NCBI GenBank assembly: GCA_947169155.1
Contig: CAMVON010000006.1
Location: 987 to 64,986 of the forward strand
Direction: 5' to 3'
Source: an uncultured Clostridiaceae bacterium
GTDB taxonomy: Bacteria > Bacillota > Clostridia > TANB77 > CAG-465
Length of the DNA stretch: 64,000 nucleotides
Shown: positions 1 to 9,058 of the stretch, in pieces
Layout of the letters: every line of letters starts with the position of its first letter
Numbering within the stretch: the stretch's first letter is position 1
Made by a program: the position numbers and the translations under genes
The notes under the pieces: model-generated
What the model was told of the DNA's origin: nothing
Seen by the model: the letters and a program-made list of their open reading frames with translations, nothing else
Database searches by the model: none

Positions 1-1
1 T

Positions 2-544
2 AACGAATCAGGTAAAGGATATTCATTTGAATCTAAAATCGTTGGTGGTGTTGTTCCTAAGGAATACGTTAAACCAGTTGATGAAGGTGTTCAAGATGCT
101 ATGAAAGCTGGTATTCTTGCTGGTTACCCAGTTGTTGACGTTAAAGTTGCTTTAGTAGATGGTTCTTACCACGAAGTAGACTCATCTGAAGCAGCATTCC
201 ACATTGCTGGATCTATGGCCTTCAAAGAAGCATGTAAACAAGGTGGAGCATGTCTACTTGAACCTATAATGAAAGTTGACATTGTTGTACCAGAAGAATA
301 CATGGGAGATGTTATCGGTGACGTTAACTCTAGACGTGGTAAAATGGAAGGTATGGATACTGAACAAGGTACAACTACAATCCATGCATTTATACCACTA
401 TCTGAAATGTTTGGATATGCAACTGACCTAAGATCTAAAACTCAAGGTAGAGGAACATATTCAATGGAACCTTGCAGATATGAAGAAGTTCCAAAATCTG
501 TACTTGAAACTATCGTTGCTCAAAGAGCAAAGAAAGAAGAATAG
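2..544 (+). CDS. fusA: Elongation factor G, C-terminal part (5' truncated by window edge)
   Basis: In-frame translation from position 2 ([10 protein letters not shown]...[24 protein letters not shown]) matches the EF-G C-terminal domains IV/V; the stop is immediately upstream of tuf, as in the str operon. Confidence 0.9.
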   Translation, partial: NESGKGYSFESKIVGGVVPKEYVKPVDEGVQDAMKAGILAGYPVVDVKVALVDGSYHEVDSSEAAFHIAGSMAFKEACKQGGACLLEPIMKVDIVVPEEYMGDVIGDVNSRRGKMEGMDTEQGTTTIHAFIPLSEMFGYATDLRSKTQGRGTYSMEPCRYEEVPKSVLETIVAQRAKKEE

Positions 545-570
545 TATAAAATTTTATTTAATTAGTTATT

Positions 571-605
571 TACACTTTTTCTATTGCAAAAATAGAAAAA
601 GTGTA
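571..605. promoter_or_regulatory. Perfect 15-bp inverted repeat with 5-nt loop (tacactttttctatt gcaaa aatagaaaaagtgta) in the fusA-tuf spacer
   Basis: Read directly: the left arm 571-585 is the reverse complement of the right arm 591-605. There is no strong T-run after it, so it is an attenuator, processing-site or operator candidate rather than a clean terminator. Confidence 0.4.
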
Positions 606-673
606 GTAAAATAACATTGATTAATGCACTTTAGTGTGCATAAAATGTGTATTTTTTAAGGAGGAATTTTAAA

Positions 674-1876
674 ATGGCAAAAGCTAAATTCGAAAGAACT
701 AAACCACACGTTAACATTGGTACAATCGGACATGTTGACCACGGTAAAACTACTTTAACAGCTGCAATCACTAAATATTGTAGCTTATTAGGAAAAGCTG
801 ATTTCAAAGCTTATGACCAAATCGACGGAGCTCCAGAAGAAAGACAAAGAGGTATCACTATCTCTACAGCTCACGTTGAATACGAAACAGAAAACAGACA
901 CTATGCTCACGTTGACTGCCCAGGACACGCTGACTACGTTAAAAACATGATCACTGGTGCTGCACAAATGGATGGTGCTATCCTAGTTGTATCTGCAGCT
1001 GATGGCCCAATGCCACAAACAAGAGAACACATCCTACTTGCAAGACAAGTTGGTGTTCCTTACATCGTTGTATTTATGAACAAATGTGATATGGTTGACG
1101 ATCCAGAACTTCTAGAATTAGTTGAAATGGATATTAGAGACCTATTATCTAAATATGACTTCCCAGGAGATACTACTCCAATAATCAAAGGATCTGCTCT
1201 ACAAGTTCTAGAGTCTACTTCTAAAGATCCTAACGATCCAGTATATGCTCCTATTAAAGAATTACTTGATACAGTAGATTCTTATATTCCAAACCCAGAA
1301 AGAGATATCGATAAACCTTTCTTAATGCCAGTTGAAGATGTATTCACTATCACAGGTAGAGGAACAGTTGCAACAGGAAGAATTGAAAGAGGTATCTTAA
1401 AAGTTGGTGAAGAAGTTGAAATCGTTGGACTTTCTGACGAAAAGAAGAAAACAGTTGTTACTGGTATCGAAATGTTCAGAAAATCTCTTGACGCTTGTGA
1501 AGCTGGAGACAACGCTGGTGTACTTCTAAGAGGTATCCAAAGAAACGAAGTTGAAAGAGGTCAAGTTATTTCTAAACCTGGTTCAATTCACCCACACACT
1601 GAATTCTCAGCAGAAGTTTATATCCTAACTAAAGAAGAAGGTGGAAGACATACTCCATTCTTCAATGGATACAGACCACAATTCTACTTCAGAACAACTG
1701 ACGTTACTGGAGTTATTGAATTACCTGCAGGAACAGAAATGGTAATGCCTGGTGATAACGTAACTATGGAAATCAAACTTATCACTCCAATCGCTATAGA
1801 AAAAGGATTAAAATTCGCTATTCGTGAAGGTGGTAAAACAGTTGGTGCTGGATCAGTTTCTGATATCAAAGCATAA
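674..1876 (+). CDS. tuf: Elongation factor Tu
   Basis: [33 protein letters not shown]... shows the canonical EF-Tu G-domain motifs; the RBS aaggagg lies 9 nt upstream. The ORF-track start at 647 is an upstream in-frame ATG with no RBS. Confidence 0.97.
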   Translation: MAKAKFERTKPHVNIGTIGHVDHGKTTLTAAITKYCSLLGKADFKAYDQIDGAPEERQRGITISTAHVEYETENRHYAHVDCPGHADYVKNMITGAAQMDGAILVVSAADGPMPQTREHILLARQVGVPYIVVFMNKCDMVDDPELLELVEMDIRDLLSKYDFPGDTTPIIKGSALQVLESTSKDPNDPVYAPIKELLDTVDSYIPNPERDIDKPFLMPVEDVFTITGRGTVATGRIERGILKVGEEVEIVGLSDEKKKTVVTGIEMFRKSLDACEAGDNAGVLLRGIQRNEVERGQVISKPGSIHPHTEFSAEVYILTKEEGGRHTPFFNGYRPQFYFRTTDVTGVIELPAGTEMVMPGDNVTMEIKLITPIAIEKGLKFAIREGGKTVGAGSVSDIKA

Positions 1877-1897
1877 TTTAAACTGAAATAGAAAAAA

Positions 1898-1924
1898 ATA
1901 AGGACTTCGGTCCTTATTTTTTCG
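1898..1924 (+). terminator. Rho-independent terminator after tuf (aaggac-UUCG-gtcctt + T-run)
   Basis: A GC-containing 6-bp stem with a UUCG tetraloop, followed by attttttc. Confidence 0.8.
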
Positions 1925-1975
1925 CCTATTTCTATTATTTTTATGTTATATTTTATAGTTTTTAAGTAAATTTCC

Positions 1976-2004
1976 TTGACAATATTGATTATTTATTAGA
2001 TAAT
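1976..2004 (+). promoter_or_regulatory. Sigma-A type promoter TTGACA-17-GATAAT upstream of acpP
   Basis: The -35 TTGACA is at 1976-1981, the spacer is 17 nt and the -10 GATAAT is at 1999-2004. Confidence 0.5.
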
Positions 2005-2076
2005 TAAGTTATGTTTAGAATATTTTTTTATGAGTAATCATATAAGTTAAAGAAAACCTTAAGGAGGTGTAGTTAA

Positions 2077-2313
2077 ATGGATACAGTTTTAGAGAAAGTA
2101 AAAGAAGTTATTAGTGAACAATTAGACGTAGAAGACGTAGATTCAATAACAACTGAAACTACTTTTATTGATGACTTAGGAGCTGATTCACTTGATATTG
2201 TTGAATTAATTATGGCTTTAGAAGAAGAATTTGATATGGAAATTCCAGAAGAAGAAGCTGAAAAAATTACATCAGTAGGAGATGTTGTTAATTATATTGA
2301 AGATCATCAATAA
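2077..2313 (+). CDS. acpP: Acyl carrier protein
   Basis: A 78-aa acidic protein with the phosphopantetheine-attachment motif [21 protein letters not shown]; the RBS aaggagg is upstream. Confidence 0.93.
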   Translation: MDTVLEKVKEVISEQLDVEDVDSITTETTFIDDLGADSLDIVELIMALEEEFDMEIPEEEAEKITSVGDVVNYIEDHQ

Positions 2314-2332
2314 TAAATTGTTGAAAATAAAT

Positions 2333-2365
2333 TGTGCCTTAGATTATTCTAAGGTACTTTTTTAT
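2333..2365 (+). terminator. Hairpin (ccttag/ctaagg) plus T6 after acpP
   Basis: The stem is at 2337-2342 and 2349-2354, and the ttttttatt run begins at 2358. Confidence 0.55.
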
Positions 2366-2415
2366 TGAAAAATATTTAATTGTAATATATAATGTAATGT
2401 GAAAGGAGTGAATTT

Positions 2416-3129
2416 ATGGAAAGAGAAAGATTACTTGAGTTAGAACAAAAGTTAAAGTATATTTTTAATAATCATGATTTGCTTAAAATGGCTTTAACAC
2501 ACAAATCTTATGCCTATGAGCATGAAGACCCTAATTATGATAAATATAATGAAAGAATTGAGTTTTTAGGAGATGCAATACTTGAACATATTATTTCAGA
2601 TTTGTTATTTGCACAAGTACCAGAACTTGCTGAGGGGGAAATGACTAAAAAACGTGCTGCAATAGTTTGTGAAGCTTCTTTATCTCAAGCATTGAAAAGA
2701 ATTGGAGGACATGAGTATATATATCTTGGTAAATGTGAGCAAAATTCTAATGGAAAAATGAAGGATGCTATTGTCGCTGATGCTTTTGAAGCTGTTCTTG
2801 GGGCAATATATCTTGATGGTGGTTACGAGATAGCAAGAGATATATGCTTAGAGTTATTAGATCAAGAAATTAAAACTGTTTTATCTGGTGGAAGTTTAAA
2901 TACAGATTATAAAACACAATTACAAGAAATATTACAACGTAATGGCAGTGTTAAAATAGAGTATCGCTTAGCTGGTGAAGAAGGGCCAGAACATGATAAA
3001 ACATTTACAATTGAAGTGTTCTTTAATGATAAGAAAATTGGAACTGGAAAAGGAAAAAGTAAAAAACAAGCTGAGCAAGAAGCTGCTCATCATGCAATAA
3101 TAAATGGAAGTGAAGTATTTGGAAATTAG
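2416..3129 (+). CDS. rnc: Ribonuclease III
   Basis: The RNase III signature ERIEFLGDAILEH is present, followed by a C-terminal dsRBD (KTQLQEILQRNG...GTGKGKSKKQAEQEAA). Confidence 0.95.
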   Translation: MERERLLELEQKLKYIFNNHDLLKMALTHKSYAYEHEDPNYDKYNERIEFLGDAILEHIISDLLFAQVPELAEGEMTKKRAAIVCEASLSQALKRIGGHEYIYLGKCEQNSNGKMKDAIVADAFEAVLGAIYLDGGYEIARDICLELLDQEIKTVLSGGSLNTDYKTQLQEILQRNGSVKIEYRLAGEEGPEHDKTFTIEVFFNDKKIGTGKGKSKKQAEQEAAHHAIINGSEVFGN

Positions 3130-4135
3130 ACTAGATTTAAATGCGGAATTAAAAAATTTCATAAATAAAGATAACCAATATACTATCCCTATTTTTATTC
3201 CACATAAAGGTTGTCCACATGCATGTGTGTTTTGTAATCAAAGACGAATTAGTGGAACAATTAAAGATACAACTGTGGAAGATGTGGATAACATTATTAA
3301 AGAATATTTAGAATATTATCTAAATACAGACAAAAAGATTGAAGTTGCCTTTTTTGGAGGTAGTTTTACTGGAATAGATATTAAACTTCAAGAAGAATAT
3401 TTACGTGTTGCATATAATTACATTCTTGAAGGAAAAATAGATAGCATTAGATTGTCTACTAGACCAGATTATATAAATGATGAAATTTTAACTTTACTTA
3501 AAAAATATGGCGTTAAAACAATTGAGCTTGGTGTTCAATCTATGGATGATAATGTTTTGATGCTTGCTAAACGAGGTCATACAAAAGAAGATGTTGTTAA
3601 AGCATCAAAATTAATTAAAAGTTATGGTATTAGACTTGGACATCAAATAATGATTGGACTTCCAAATAGTACAATTGATACTGAAATATATACTATTAAA
3701 GAATGTTTAAAACTTAAACCTGAACAACTAAGAATATATCCAGTATATGTAATAGAAGATAGTGAATTATATGATATGTATGAAAATAATGAATATATAC
3801 CACTAACAATTGCTGATGCTGTAAAAAGATGTGTCGAAGTTGTTCATGAATGTCAAAAAAGTGATGTGCAAATTATACGTTTAGGGCTTCAAAGTACAAA
3901 TGAAATTACATCTAAAAATGCAAATATTTATGGCCCTGTTTCAGATAATTTTGCTGAATATGTTATGGCTGCTTTGATACGTGATAGAATAGATAAGGAA
4001 AATATTAATAATGAGGATATAGTAGTTTATGTACCTAAAAGATATGTTAGTGCTACTATAGGCCCAAAAAAAGTTAATAAAATATATTTTGAACAAAAAT
4101 ATGGAGTAAAATATATTGTAAAAGGAGAGGACTAG
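3104..4135 (+). CDS. Radical SAM protein (Elp3/TIGR01212-like Fe-S oxidoreductase commonly found next to rnc in Clostridia)
   Basis: The CxxxCxxC motif GCPHACVFCNQ sits near the N-terminus. The ORF overlaps the rnc stop; alternative GTG/TTG starts at 3110 and 3119 are possible. Confidence 0.75.
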   Translation: MEVKYLEIRLDLNAELKNFINKDNQYTIPIFIPHKGCPHACVFCNQRRISGTIKDTTVEDVDNIIKEYLEYYLNTDKKIEVAFFGGSFTGIDIKLQEEYLRVAYNYILEGKIDSIRLSTRPDYINDEILTLLKKYGVKTIELGVQSMDDNVLMLAKRGHTKEDVVKASKLIKSYGIRLGHQIMIGLPNSTIDTEIYTIKECLKLKPEQLRIYPVYVIEDSELYDMYENNEYIPLTIADAVKRCVEVVHECQKSDVQIIRLGLQSTNEITSKNANIYGPVSDNFAEYVMAALIRDRIDKENINNEDIVVYVPKRYVSATIGPKKVNKIYFEQKYGVKYIVKGED

Positions 4136-4600
4136 ATGAAGAAGGTAATTTTTGCTGCAAGTTCAGGTGGACATTTAACAGAGCTTCTAAAAGTTCAAGA
4201 ATTGTTTAAAGAATATGATTATTTACTTGTAACTGAGATGACAGATGTAACTCGAGATTTAAAAGACAAATATAATATTAAATATGTAGATTATGGTCCA
4301 AATAAAAATAAAATTAAGTATTGGTGGACAATATTTAAAAATCTAGCTAAAGCTATAGGTATTGTTGCTAAATTTAGACCAGATACTGTTGTGTCTACTG
4401 GTGCACAAGTTGGTGGATTTTTCTGCTATATTGGGAAATTCTTTGGTGCAAAGGTTATATATATAGAGACTATGGCAAAAATTAAAGAACTTTCTGGTAC
4501 AGGACATAATGTATATAAAATTGCAGATAAGTTTTATGTGCAATGGAAAAGCTTAGAAGAAAAATATGAGAAAGCAGAATATATAGGAAGGTTGATCTAG
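4136..4600 (+). CDS. Alg14-like / PssD/Cps14F-like glycosyltransferase accessory (membrane-anchoring) subunit
   Basis: N-terminal AASSGGHLTELLKV (the GGH motif of Alg14 family members); about 150 aa; immediately followed by the Alg13-like partner. Confidence 0.7.
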   Translation: MKKVIFAASSGGHLTELLKVQELFKEYDYLLVTEMTDVTRDLKDKYNIKYVDYGPNKNKIKYWWTIFKNLAKAIGIVAKFRPDTVVSTGAQVGGFFCYIGKFFGAKVIYIETMAKIKELSGTGHNVYKIADKFYVQWKSLEEKYEKAEYIGRLI

Positions 4601-4601
4601 T

Positions 4602-5069
4602 ATGGTATTAGTAACAGTAGGAACTCAAAAGCAATCTTTTGAAAGATTAATTAAACTTGTTAAAGAAAGCAAAGCGTTAAAAAATGAAGAAATAGTTGTT
4701 CAACGTGGATATACGAAGTGTAATAATTCTAAACGTATACATTCTTTTGATTTTATTCCAATGGAGGAAATGGATAGATATATTGAAGAGTCAGATTTGG
4801 TTATTGCTCATGGTGGCGTTGGAACAATTTTTTCTGCAATAAAAAAAGGTAAAAAAGTAATAGCTGTTCCACGTTTAGAAAAATATGGTGAACATATAAA
4901 TGACCACCAAATTGAGATTTGTGAAGAATTAGAGAAAGAAGGCTACATCTTATACTATAGAGATGGCGAAACTTCTTTAGATGAGCTTATTAGAGAAATT
5001 AAGCATAAAGAATTTGCAAAATATAATTCAGATAGTAATTATATAGATATATTAAGAAAAAATATATAG
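4602..5069 (+). CDS. Alg13-like / PssE/Cps14G-like glycosyltransferase catalytic subunit (GT28 C-terminal domain)
   Basis: N-terminal MVLVTVGTQKQSFERL and the internal IAHGGVGTI motif are typical of the MurG-C/Alg13 family; size 155 aa. Confidence 0.7.
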   Translation: MVLVTVGTQKQSFERLIKLVKESKALKNEEIVVQRGYTKCNNSKRIHSFDFIPMEEMDRYIEESDLVIAHGGVGTIFSAIKKGKKVIAVPRLEKYGEHINDHQIEICEELEKEGYILYYRDGETSLDELIREIKHKEFAKYNSDSNYIDILRKNI

Positions 5070-5078
5070 GAGGTATAT

Positions 5079-5861
5079 ATGACTATAGAAGAATTGGAAA
5101 ATAGAGCAAGACTTTTACGTAAAGATATTGTTGAAATGATATACAATGCTAAATCTGGACATCCAGGTGGATCATTATCATGCATAGATATTATGACTGT
5201 GTTATTTCATGAAAAAATGAATATGGATGAAGATAGATTTGTTTTATCTAAAGGTCACTGTGCACCAGCATATTATGCATGTCTTGCAAGTATAGGAAAA
5301 ATACCACATGAAGATTTAAATACATTAAGAAAAATAGATAGTTATCTAGAAGGACATCCATCAAATAAAATTAATGGTATTGATGTGTCTAGTGGGTCAC
5401 TTGGACAGGGTTTATCTGTTGCAAATGGTATGGCTCTTGCTAAACAATTAGATGGAGAACGTGGTAAAATATATTGTATGCTAGGAGACGGAGAAATTGA
5501 AGAAGGACAAATATGGGAAGCAGCAATGACAGCCAATAAATATTCGTTAAATAATGTAGTTGCTTTTGTAGATTATAATGGCCTTCAAATAGATGGAAGC
5601 ATTATGGATGTTAAAGGTGTGAATAACTTAAAGGAAAAATTTGAAGCTTTTGGATGGAATGTTCAAGAAATCAATGGGCATGACATGCAAGCTATTATAG
5701 ATGCAATAGATAATACTAATGATTCAGATAAGCCTAATGTAATAATTGCTAAAACTATTAAAGGAAAAGGTGTATCATTTATGGAAAACCAAGTTGGTTG
5801 GCATGGAAAAGCACCAAATGAAGAAGAATATAAACAAGCAATGGAAGAACTTTCTAAATAG
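5079..5861 (+). CDS. Transketolase, N-terminal (TPP-binding PP domain) subunit
   Basis: SGHPGGSLSCIDIMTVLF...GDGEIEEGQIWEAAMTA are TK_N motifs of split transketolases. Confidence 0.9.
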   Translation: MTIEELENRARLLRKDIVEMIYNAKSGHPGGSLSCIDIMTVLFHEKMNMDEDRFVLSKGHCAPAYYACLASIGKIPHEDLNTLRKIDSYLEGHPSNKINGIDVSSGSLGQGLSVANGMALAKQLDGERGKIYCMLGDGEIEEGQIWEAAMTANKYSLNNVVAFVDYNGLQIDGSIMDVKGVNNLKEKFEAFGWNVQEINGHDMQAIIDAIDNTNDSDKPNVIIAKTIKGKGVSFMENQVGWHGKAPNEEEYKQAMEELSK

Positions 5862-5870
5862 GAGGGGAAA

Positions 5871-6761
5871 ATGGAGAATATCTCTGTAGAAGACATTAAT
5901 TTTAGGTTAAATAAATTAAAAGAAAATGTCTCTAAAATTAATATTAAAATTGAAGAAAATGATAAAAAGAATCAAGATAGATTTTCATTTGCTAAAGATT
6001 TAGGAATAAGAGTAGATATATTATCTAATGAGATTAATGAAGTAAAAGATGAGCTAGATAAGTATAGTCAAACACTAGATAGTATTATGCAGAAATATGA
6101 TTGTGCATCTGAAGATTCAATAGAGGAAAATGAGTATAAACTTTTGAGTAATATGTTATATTCTGATGATGCAAAATTAAAGAATATAGGAGAAATGCTT
6201 GAAGATAATATTGAGCTTACAACTAAGGAATATATTAATCTATTTGCTAACAAAGCAAATGAACTTATTCGTAAAGAAGAATTAAAAGATATAGATATGA
6301 ATGTGATTAAACTCTCAAAAATTAATTTTATAGAAAAGCTTACTGGAAAAGCAAAAATTAAAAGAGCTTTAATTGAGAACTATAATTTAAAAAGACTTAA
6401 AACAATAAATAAAAAATATGTACCTAGTAATAGAAGTCTATATGAAATAATTAGTATTGCAAATAATTGTGGATATAAATCTAAAGACATAGATTATTTT
6501 GTAAATAGAGTGGTAGAAGAGTTTAAACTAGACAATCCAGAAAACAATGCTATTGCTGTAATTCAAGACAAAAAGAAAATACCATTCTTTTTTAGTAAAG
6601 AATTACTTAATAAGTTAAATGCTGAAAATACAAATCTAGCAGATGATTTAAATAGAAATAAAAATAAACAAGAAAAACTATCTGAGTATTCTATTTATAG
6701 AGAAATGCTAAAAAATGGAGTTGAAACTTTAGAATTATTTAAATTTGAAGAGGTGGTTTAA
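5871..6761 (+). CDS. Hypothetical lysine/glutamate-rich, probably coiled-coil protein inserted between the transketolase subunit genes
   Basis: Strong RBS taggaggggaaaATG; no transmembrane segment and no recognisable domain. Its stop overlaps the start of the TK C-subunit (TAATG). Confidence 0.5.
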   Translation: MENISVEDINFRLNKLKENVSKINIKIEENDKKNQDRFSFAKDLGIRVDILSNEINEVKDELDKYSQTLDSIMQKYDCASEDSIEENEYKLLSNMLYSDDAKLKNIGEMLEDNIELTTKEYINLFANKANELIRKEELKDIDMNVIKLSKINFIEKLTGKAKIKRALIENYNLKRLKTINKKYVPSNRSLYEIISIANNCGYKSKDIDYFVNRVVEEFKLDNPENNAIAVIQDKKKIPFFFSKELLNKLNAENTNLADDLNRNKNKQEKLSEYSIYREMLKNGVETLELFKFEEVV

Positions 6762-7672
6762 TGATATCAACAAGAAAAGCATATGGTGAATTTTTAACTG
6801 AAATTGGAGATAATCCAGATGTTGTTGTACTAGACGCAGATTTAGCTGCTGCTACAAAAACAGACATGTTTAAAAAAGAATATCCTGAAAGACATATAGA
6901 TGTTGGAATTGCTGAACAAGATTTAGTTGGAACTGCTGTGGGTCTTGCTTTAAGCGGAAAAACTGTTTTTGCGTCTACATTTGCAATGTTTATGGCGGGT
7001 CGTGCATATGACCAAGTACGTAATATGGCTGCATATTCACATTCAAATGTTAATTTATGTGCTACTCATGCAGGTGTTATGGTTGGTGAAGATGGACCTA
7101 CACATCAATGTATTGAAGATATAGCAATAATGAATGTTATTCCAACTATGAAAGTATTTTGTCCAGCAGATGGAGTAAGTACAAAAAAGATATTATCTAT
7201 ATGTATGAATGAAGATGGACCAAAATACATTAGACTTGGCAGAAGTGATTTACCAGAGCTATATACAGATGAAGAGTTTCATGTTGGTGGCTCACATACG
7301 TGTGGGGATGGAAAAGATGGTACAGTATTTGCTACTGGTTCTACTGTTTCTATTGCTCTTGAAGCTCAAAATGAGTTAAAAGAAAAAGGTATTAATATTA
7401 GAGTTGTCGATCTTTATAGTATTAAGCCTGTAGATAAAGAAGAAATAGTACGTTGTGCTAAAGAGACTGAAAAACTTGTTACTATTGAAGACCATAGTAT
7501 AATAGGTGGAATAGGAAGTATAGTAAGTGATGTACTTACAGAATTATATCCTAAAAAGGTAGAGAAAATAGGTATAAATGATACCTTTGGTAAGTCTGGA
7601 AAATGGACTGAAGTATATAAATACTTTGGACTTACTAAAGAGAATATAATGTATAAATTTATTCAAGAATAA
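6761..7672 (+). CDS. Transketolase, C-terminal (pyrimidine-binding plus C-terminal domain) subunit
   Basis: MISTRKAYGEFLTEIGDNPDVVVLDADLAAATKT...GIAEQDLVGTAVGLALSGK are typical TK_C motifs. Confidence 0.9.
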   Translation: MISTRKAYGEFLTEIGDNPDVVVLDADLAAATKTDMFKKEYPERHIDVGIAEQDLVGTAVGLALSGKTVFASTFAMFMAGRAYDQVRNMAAYSHSNVNLCATHAGVMVGEDGPTHQCIEDIAIMNVIPTMKVFCPADGVSTKKILSICMNEDGPKYIRLGRSDLPELYTDEEFHVGGSHTCGDGKDGTVFATGSTVSIALEAQNELKEKGINIRVVDLYSIKPVDKEEIVRCAKETEKLVTIEDHSIIGGIGSIVSDVLTELYPKKVEKIGINDTFGKSGKWTEVYKYFGLTKENIMYKFIQE

Positions 7673-7679
7673 AAAAATA

Positions 7680-7716
7680 AAGTAGTTACTTTTAAGTGAC
7701 TACTTTTTTATTTTTC
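7680..7716 (+). terminator. Rho-independent terminator after the transketolase operon
   Basis: agtagttac/gtgactact stem with one wobble pair, then ttttttatttttc. Confidence 0.7.
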
Positions 7717-7743
7717 TAAATCTTTTCTTATGTTAAATTCTCC

Positions 7744-7772
7744 TTGATAATCTATCTAATATATTATATAAT
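7744..7772 (+). promoter_or_regulatory. Sigma-A type promoter TTGATA-17-TATAAT for rarA
   Basis: The -35 is at 7744-7749 and the -10 at 7767-7772. Confidence 0.5.
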
Positions 7773-7807
7773 AGTGTGTGAAATATGTTATTTTTTCGGG
7801 AGGAATT

Positions 7808-9058
7808 ATGGAGCCACTTGCATATAGAATGAAACCTACTAAGCTTGAAGATTTTTATGGTCAGGAAGAGATAGTAGGAAAAGACAAGTTATTATATAGA
7901 CTAATTAAAGCAGACAAGCTTACGTCAGCAATATTTTGGGGACCACCAGGATGTGGAAAAACTTCCCTTGCTCGAGTTATAGCAAGTAGTACAAAAAATA
8001 AATTTGTTACTCTTAATGCAACAACTTCAGGAGTAGCAGATATTAAAGCTGTTGTGGATGAAGCTCAAAATATTTTTACTAATCCTACTGGAAAGGTAAT
8101 ATTATTTATTGACGAGATACATAGATTTAACAAACTACAACAAGATGCACTTTTGCCACATGTTGAAAAAGGTACTGTAATATTAATTGGTGCAACAACA
8201 GAAAACCCATATTTTAGTGTTAATAAAGCGTTAATTTCTAGATCAACAATTTTTAAATTTAAAGAATTGCAACAAGAAGATATTTTAAAAATTCTTAAAA
8301 ATACTATTCAAGATAAAGAGAATGGTCTTGGTAATTATAATTTAGAAATAAGTGAAGATGCACTAAAGTATATAGCAATGTGCTCTAAAGGAGATGTAAG
8401 AACTGCACTTAATGCACTTGAACTTGCTGTACTTACTACAGACATGAATGAAGAAGGTAAAATAATAGTAGATAGAGATATTGCTATGAATTGTGTACAG
8501 CAAAAGAAAGCTGTTTATGATAAAACAGATGATTCACATTATGATGTAATTTCTGCATTTATTAAATCTATGAGAGGCTCAGATCCAGATGCAACTCTAC
8601 ATTATCTAGCTCGTATGTTAGATGCAGGAGAAGATCCAATGTTTATTGCTAGAAGGATTGTTATTCAATCTAGTGAAGATGTTGGACTTGCAAATAGTGA
8701 TGCTTTAAAAGTTGCTGTTGCTGCAATGAATGCTGTTCATCAAATAGGTATGCCTGAAGCAAGAATTATTCTTGCACAAGCAGCACTTACTGTTGCACTT
8801 AGTCCTAAGTCTAATACATCTTATAGAGGAATTAATAAAGCAATGGAAGATGTAAAAAATAGAGATGTTGGAACAGTTCCTATGCATATTAGAAATTCTG
8901 TTGCATCAGGTATGGAACAATTTGGATATGGTGAAGGATATAAATATCCTCATGACTATGATCATGGTAAAGTTGAACAACAATATTTGCCAGATAAACT
9001 TAAAGATGTAAAATACTATGAACCAAGAGAGTGGGAGAATTTTTATGAAGAAGAATAA
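7808..9058 (+). CDS. rarA: Replication-associated recombination protein A (AAA+ ATPase RarA/MgsA)
   Basis: MEPLAYRMKPTKLEDFYGQEEIVG...GPPGCGKTSLARVIA (Walker A) and the C-terminal MgsA domain. The start was chosen at 7808 with RBS ggagg; the ORF-track start at 7778 is upstream. Confidence 0.9.
   Translation: MEPLAYRMKPTKLEDFYGQEEIVGKDKLLYRLIKADKLTSAIFWGPPGCGKTSLARVIASSTKNKFVTLNATTSGVADIKAVVDEAQNIFTNPTGKVILFIDEIHRFNKLQQDALLPHVEKGTVILIGATTENPYFSVNKALISRSTIFKFKELQQEDILKILKNTIQDKENGLGNYNLEISEDALKYIAMCSKGDVRTALNALELAVLTTDMNEEGKIIVDRDIAMNCVQQKKAVYDKTDDSHYDVISAFIKSMRGSDPDATLHYLARMLDAGEDPMFIARRIVIQSSEDVGLANSDALKVAVAAMNAVHQIGMPEARIILAQAALTVALSPKSNTSYRGINKAMEDVKNRDVGTVPMHIRNSVASGMEQFGYGEGYKYPHDYDHGKVEQQYLPDKLKDVKYYEPREWENFYEEE

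Noticed and set aside
647-673. Upstream ATG (647) that extends EF-Tu by 9 residues
   Set aside because: The consensus EF-Tu N-terminus [12 protein letters not shown] starts at 674 and the Shine-Dalgarno aaggagg is positioned for 674. ATG 647 lies upstream of the RBS.
1282-1869. Two minus-strand ORFs (1282-1512 and 1684-1869) inside tuf
   Set aside because: They lie antisense within the highly conserved EF-Tu gene, have no RBS and are low-complexity translations. They are typical shadow ORFs.
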